Shown here: in pieces, positions 59,522 through 64,000 of the stretch
How the letters are laid out: each line of letters opens with the position of its first letter
Position numbering within the stretch: position 1 is the first letter of the stretch
Assembly: GCA_048772705.1 (NCBI GenBank)
Contig: JBLWGC010000202.1
Location: 1-64,000 of the forward strand
Direction of reading: 5' to 3'
Source of the DNA: Leidyana gryllorum EB-2025a
Lineage: Eukaryota > Protista > Apicomplexa
Length of the DNA: 64,000 nucleotides
Translations under genes and position numbers: made by a program
Notes under the pieces: generated by a model
Databases searched by the model: none
What the model was told of the DNA's origin: nothing
The model's input: only the letters and a program-made list of their open reading frames with translations

Positions 59522-59624
59522 TGTACACGTTAAATGCAGGGAAGTGTGCGGTGTTCATGACAGTAAGAGAGTTCCGACAGTAGCAGTGAGCGGCGATGAA
59601 TGGGGCTGCGATATCTGATGGAGT

Positions 59625-60101
59625 TTAGCCCCCGATGAGGGCGTCGTTGCCTCGGCCGAATTGACGTCTGCGTCTCTCTTTGCCGAGGGTGATGATATCC
59701 TCGTTGTTGAGGAGATTCGCACCGCTGGAGCGAGTACCGCCCCGAATCCAGGCCCGATTGCCGTCACCAAACTGAGAGTCGTCAACTTCGTCTCCCAAAC
59801 CGATAATCGAGCCGTCGTTCGCCACGTTCAAGCCTTGTGAACTTCGATCTCCGAACAAGTTGGCGACCGGTCCATCGTTGAGAGCAGAAATGGGTGCGTT
59901 GATCAGTCCAATGCTTTGGGGATTGTAGTAGCCATCATCCCACAACCAGCTGCGGCCGTAGGAGGTGTAAGGATAGCCACCCCAGAAACCCTGAGCAGAG
60001 CGAGCCCCGGCAAAAGTGGGGGCTGTGGGCTGGGAGCAGCCGTACCAGAAGGTGGCCAGCGCCGAAGGGGCGAAGAGTAGCAAACCTCCAATAGCTTTCA
60101 T
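59625..60101 (-). CDS. Small secreted protein, family member 4 (most curlin-like repeats)
   Basis: Signal peptide ending PSALA. Repeats DSQFGDGNRAWI and RRQFGRGNDALI; RSAQG and RSSQG motifs. Confidence 0.8.
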   Translation of the reverse strand: MKAIGGLLLFAPSALATFWYGCSQPTAPTFAGARSAQGFWGGYPYTSYGRSWLWDDGYYNPQSIGLINAPISALNDGPVANLFGDRSSQGLNVANDGSIIGLGDEVDDSQFGDGNRAWIRGGTRSSGANLLNNEDIITLGKERRRRQFGRGNDALIGG

Positions 60102-60618
60102 TATTGCAAGTCGTAACTGTTTGTTTGCGTGCCACCGGCCGATTTTTTCCCTCACCCGTTATCACGTGGGTATTCCTTCTGCCATACTCTGCCCCACAGA
60201 GGGCAAACCGCTGACACCCACCCTTTCAGTATATTCTCAGACAATCCGTGTCATCAGCAGAGTCGCCGCGATCTAATATCAGTCTAAGCGATCGCAACCG
60301 ATCTTCGGCACGCAACCTCACCGGACGGCCGAAATACCCTCGAACCGCTCGAACCGCTCTGTCCCAAAAGTCGTCGGCCCCCATCACAACCGTTGGGCTC
60401 AGAAACTCGTAGAGATTACCTCTTTACCTCGAACAATTTGCACTTTCCACACAGTCAATTAGATTCCCCACACACACCGGTTTCGGCACATTGGGACAGG
60501 GCTCATGGCGAAGACGAGTCCCTATCGACGAGAAAGCATCAAATTGCACACAGTCACTGAGCAGAGAGTGTCCATTGCGCTGAGAGATAATGTCGCGCGC
60601 CACGAATCCTGCTGCCGA

Positions 60619-60927
60619 CTAATACCACCGGGGCCGCCGGTAGTATGGGCGTCGGTAGTAATAAGGCGGTCTCCGATAGTAATAAGGTCTGCCATAGCCA
60701 TACCATCCATACGGATCATCGCCATAGTAATACGAATAGGGATAAGACCCATCGGGGTAGATTATAATATCTTGCGGCGATCGCCCTCCACCGACCCCTG
60801 CCGCTGTCTGGGGTTGGTACACACCCGCTGGGCCTATGGGCATCGGTACCAGCGGGGGAGAGTGCGCATGGGAACCAACCGCACAAGAGACAGTGAGCGA
60901 GGCCAATAGAGTGGATGAGAATCTCAT
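60619..60927 (-). CDS. Small secreted Tyr/Arg/Pro-rich protein
   Basis: Signal MRFSSTLLASLTVSCAVG. Tail YPYSYYYGDDPYGWYGYGRPYYYRRPPYYYRRPYYRRPRWY. Confidence 0.8.
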   Translation of the reverse strand: MRFSSTLLASLTVSCAVGSHAHSPPLVPMPIGPAGVYQPQTAAGVGGGRSPQDIIIYPDGSYPYSYYYGDDPYGWYGYGRPYYYRRPPYYYRRPYYRRPRWY

Positions 60928-61038
60928 CCTGTGGCAAGGGAACCACTGTCTAAGCAGTCGCAAGTTTTCCCCTCAGGCGTCGGCATTGGGTATTCCTCTC
61001 TCTGTGTCCAAAATGTGACGAGATTATTTTCTTCCTAA

Positions 61039-61518
61039 ATGGCGGTTCAATTTGTGGACTACAATGACTGTGAGGCTGCCAAAGCCTTGGCAGAGATCCT
61101 GACCGATATGAAAAACGCTTCCTTCATCACTAAGGATATCGCAAATCAGCTCTACCGAAATGGCTTGGAGGTAAGGGAGAGTCCAAGTGACACATTCGTT
61201 CAATATGATGCTGCTTAGGCTATCCGTCATGTACTCTGTACTGCCCCCGACCGAGTCAACTTTGAGGCAGGGGGTCGACTCTTAGCTTTCCGAAACCATC
61301 GCAACACCTGGACTCTTTGGGGACGGGTCGCAGCCATCAAAATGAGCAGACCGACTCGCAAACGCGCTTACGACACCCATACTGTGTCATATGTCACCTC
61401 CACTATTCCTACCCCCAAACCCATCAAGATATTCTGTGTCTCAGAAGCCAAAGACGGTCAAGCCGCCACAGCCCCTGGAGCCGCCGGAGCAGGTGGAGGA
61501 GGCGGAGCCCGCGTATAA
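61039..61518 (+). CDS. Transcription initiation factor IIA gamma (small) subunit, 2 exons (61039-61170, 61219-61518)
   Basis: Spliced translation YNDCEAAKALAEILTDM..ITKDIANQL..AIRHVL..DRVNFE.GRLLAFRNHRNTWTL..IKIFC parallels GTF2A2/Toa2. Confidence 0.75.
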
Positions 61519-61645
61519 TAATTATTTGGTCTCAAGATGTCTCTAACTGCGCCGACACGGAGCAGACAGCCCCTCAGTCTAAACACCGCACCTCCTTCAC
61601 CCGAGCATATATACACACACACAGACACACATCCCCTAAAAACAC

Positions 61646-62758
61646 TCACTTGGAGGCCAAGAGAGTGGCCCTGGCGGCCTCGAATTCTGCAATTTCTTCA
61701 CCACTCAATTGAAGCTCAAAAACTTTGCCACCCCGAGCGGCTTTCTCTGCACCTTCGAGGATGTGCATCAAGGCGACAATGTACGCTCTGTGAACAGGAG
61801 GTTCGGCTTTCGGGTCAAGGATAGCTTTGGCCAGTCGTCGGTAGAACTCTATGTGCTCTCCACGTGGAAGCGCGTAAGTTTCAGCTTGGAGTGATTTCGG
61901 CTCTTTCGGATTGTCCCCGCGGTACACCACCATTCTGTTCTCCGGATTGATACCAAAGTCAGGGTGGTCGGGTTTCATATCTTGCAGAATCTGTGTCTCC
62001 TGACAGTCCAAGTGCTGAACCTGGGCACTCGCCTCAGTTCCATGCAACGTCAAACGAGCCGCCAACGGCGTACGCACACAAACCGAAGCGTTCACGATGG
62101 CCTGGAGCTCACCATAGTCCAACACTGCATGAGCAAAGTCGTCTGCTTGATCCGCTCCCCGTTGACGTCCGAGCTTTAGAAGAACAGCCTTGGGCAGCCC
62201 AAACAACACTAGCGCTTGATCAATAACATGCGGGCCCAAATCCCACCAAATTCCCGAACATGGCTGGTCGTGTTCACGCCATCGGTCACGGATCTGTGGC
62301 CTCAAACGATCAAAACGACTCTCGTACAACCTTGGCTGACCCAATTTGCCCGTTTCCAACGCATCCTTCACACCCAGAAACTCAGCATCCCAACGTCTGT
62401 TCTGGTAAACACACAGATGCTTTCCTTTACTCTTCGCCAAAGCCACCAACTCTCGCGCCTCCTCAACTGTTTCGGTGAACGGCTTGTCGCACACCACGTG
62501 CTTATCGTTCTCAATTGCCAATTTGGTAAGTTTGTAGTGAGTCAAATTCGGGGTGGCCAACACCACCAAGTCAACCTCGGGATGCGTGCAAGCTTCCTCA
62601 TACGTCGCCACAACAATAGCCTCGGAAAAGTCTGCCAAGACCTTCTCCTTGTTGCTGCTAGCAATCACGTGCAGCTTGAGCTCGGGCACCCGAATGATGT
62701 ATGGGGCGTGCAATGTCTTGCCAGCGAATCCATACCCAACCAAGCCAACGCGTATCAT
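61646..62758 (-). CDS. Gfo/Idh/MocA NAD(P)-dependent oxidoreductase, YdgJ-like, intronless
   Basis: IRVGLVGYG..KTLHAP, TPN.TH, KHVVCDKPF, NRRWD, RPQIRDRWRE, GIWWDLGPHVIDQA. Confidence 0.92.
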   Translation of the reverse strand: MIRVGLVGYGFAGKTLHAPYIIRVPELKLHVIASSNKEKVLADFSEAIVVATYEEACTHPEVDLVVLATPNLTHYKLTKLAIENDKHVVCDKPFTETVEEARELVALAKSKGKHLCVYQNRRWDAEFLGVKDALETGKLGQPRLYESRFDRLRPQIRDRWREHDQPCSGIWWDLGPHVIDQALVLFGLPKAVLLKLGRQRGADQADDFAHAVLDYGELQAIVNASVCVRTPLAARLTLHGTEASAQVQHLDCQETQILQDMKPDHPDFGINPENRMVVYRGDNPKEPKSLQAETYALPRGEHIEFYRRLAKAILDPKAEPPVHRAYIVALMHILEGAEKAARGGKVFELQLSGEEIAEFEAARATLLASK

Positions 62759-62857
62759 TGTTGTGTACCACAAATTCTGAATTTGTAGTTTAATGCTCTC
62801 AACCCTTCGCACACGTGTGTGCTTTCGGCCAACTCTATCTAGCTAGCGATGTCCATA

Positions 62858-63941
62858 TTACTCAATGCGGCCAGCTGTGAATCCTGCTTTATGCTCAGCA
62901 GCCATATTCATCAGATTATCAAACTCCTTTTCTGTGGCCTGACGTGGCTGGAAGATCTTGTTGCGGTCGAATCGGTTCCATGGCTCTTCGTCTTCGGAAT
63001 CAACATCTTCACCTAGCCTAGCCCTTTTAGTGTCACGCATCTGCACAAAGTGGCGATTACACCGCGAACAATTCTGTATAAACTCACATTAAGCTCCAGT
63101 TGACGTTTCCTCTGCGCAGCGCCCGACTTGCCCCACAAGTCTTGTTTCTGGATTGCGCGGTTGAACTTATCAGCTGCACCGCGGGTGTCTCCGAAGGCAC
63201 CTTCTCGGGTCAGTTCCATTAGAGACTTTTGTGGCACATCGGACTCATCAAAGTCGCGAGTATATTGCATCGCCACGACTTGTCCACCAGATTTATCCTT
63301 GAGGTCCCGATACTCATCGAGACTCATAATTCCCTGTACGACGGCAGGTTTTGTTGGTACGTTGTCTTTGTCTTCGCCTTGGTCGTCATTCTTCACTAAT
63401 TCGGAGGTGGCAGCACCCTGAGCTGCAGATAGTGCCTCGCGTATCATCTCCATTCGATTGGCATGATCGGCGGCCTCCTTATCTGTGACTTCGCGCAGTT
63501 CAGCTCGCTTATCGTCGGCTTCGCCCTGAATATCTGCTTCCTCTCGAGCGTCTCGAGAAACTGCAGCAGTCAAATGCTGTTTCAAGTCGTGTGCCAGGTT
63601 GAGCGGGCAGTCTGACGGTTTACGAAAGGAGAGGACTACCGGTTTGGCTCCCGGCACTGCAACCATGTCAACGGCACTGAGAGTATAGGCTTCGCAGAGA
63701 TGGCGGACCTTTTTGCGGAGCTGCAAGAGCATAAGAGAAGGGGAAGAGGGGTATGTAGCCTCACCTGTCGGGGCTCGAGCTCGCCCACATTGATTACATT
63801 GCCCTTGTCCAATTGTTTGAAGAGTCTGTGGGTTGTGACAGCGGCCTCGCGGCCCACCTTGCGAACCAATGCAGCGCATAGTCGCTCAACTTCCGCGTGG
63901 TCCACCCGTCGCTTCCAAAGAGTTTGGTCTTGGTCGCTCAT
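62858..63941 (-). CDS. Possible GPALPP1/DUF3752-like nuclear protein, spliced
   Basis: KSLMEL and C-terminal PWNRFDRNK..GFTAG resemble DUF3752 from memory. Three ORFs are linked by introns. Confidence 0.45.
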
Positions 63942-64000
63942 GGCAGAAAAAAGAGTCTATCCACTATGAGAATTGATGGTGACCATGCGGAGAATCGAGA

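Noticed and set aside
63013-63300. MFAP1-like similarity (RDF..DKFN..WGKSG)
   Set aside because: The hallmark FLQKYYHRGAF motif is absent, and the C-terminus fits DUF3752 better.

Overview
Gene-dense eukaryotic window with short GT-AG introns (mostly 40-135 nt, many containing (CA)n, (TGAC)n or (CTCA)n) and very small intergenic gaps. The gene set and architecture suggest a compact protist genome, most plausibly a gregarine-type apicomplexan (inference, not tested). About 35 genes are visible. Recognisable ones include importin-4-like, FKBP-TPR, an F-box protein, ppGalNAc-transferase next to a nucleotide-sugar transporter, a SNF2 (ERCC6L/CSB-like) ATPase, NTF2, a TOG/CLASP-like protein, divergent Nep1, RPS4, THG1, short RPA1, a rhodanese plus pseudo-DSP protein, a divergent formin, Sas10/Utp3, TFIIA-gamma (missed by the ORF track) and a bacterial-type YdgJ oxidoreductase. 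The most striking region is 52.0-61.0 kb, a co-oriented array of small secreted proteins. Four of them (three intact, one pseudogene) carry paired Q-x-G-x-x-N repeats resembling curli/RHIM amyloid motifs, and the fifth is extremely Tyr-rich. The array is interrupted by an intact, very young 4.93-kb Ty3/gypsy LTR retrotransposon. A large secreted protein with 12 beta-hairpin repeats lies at 42.4-45.5 kb. All family calls come from motif recognition by eye; no database searches were run.
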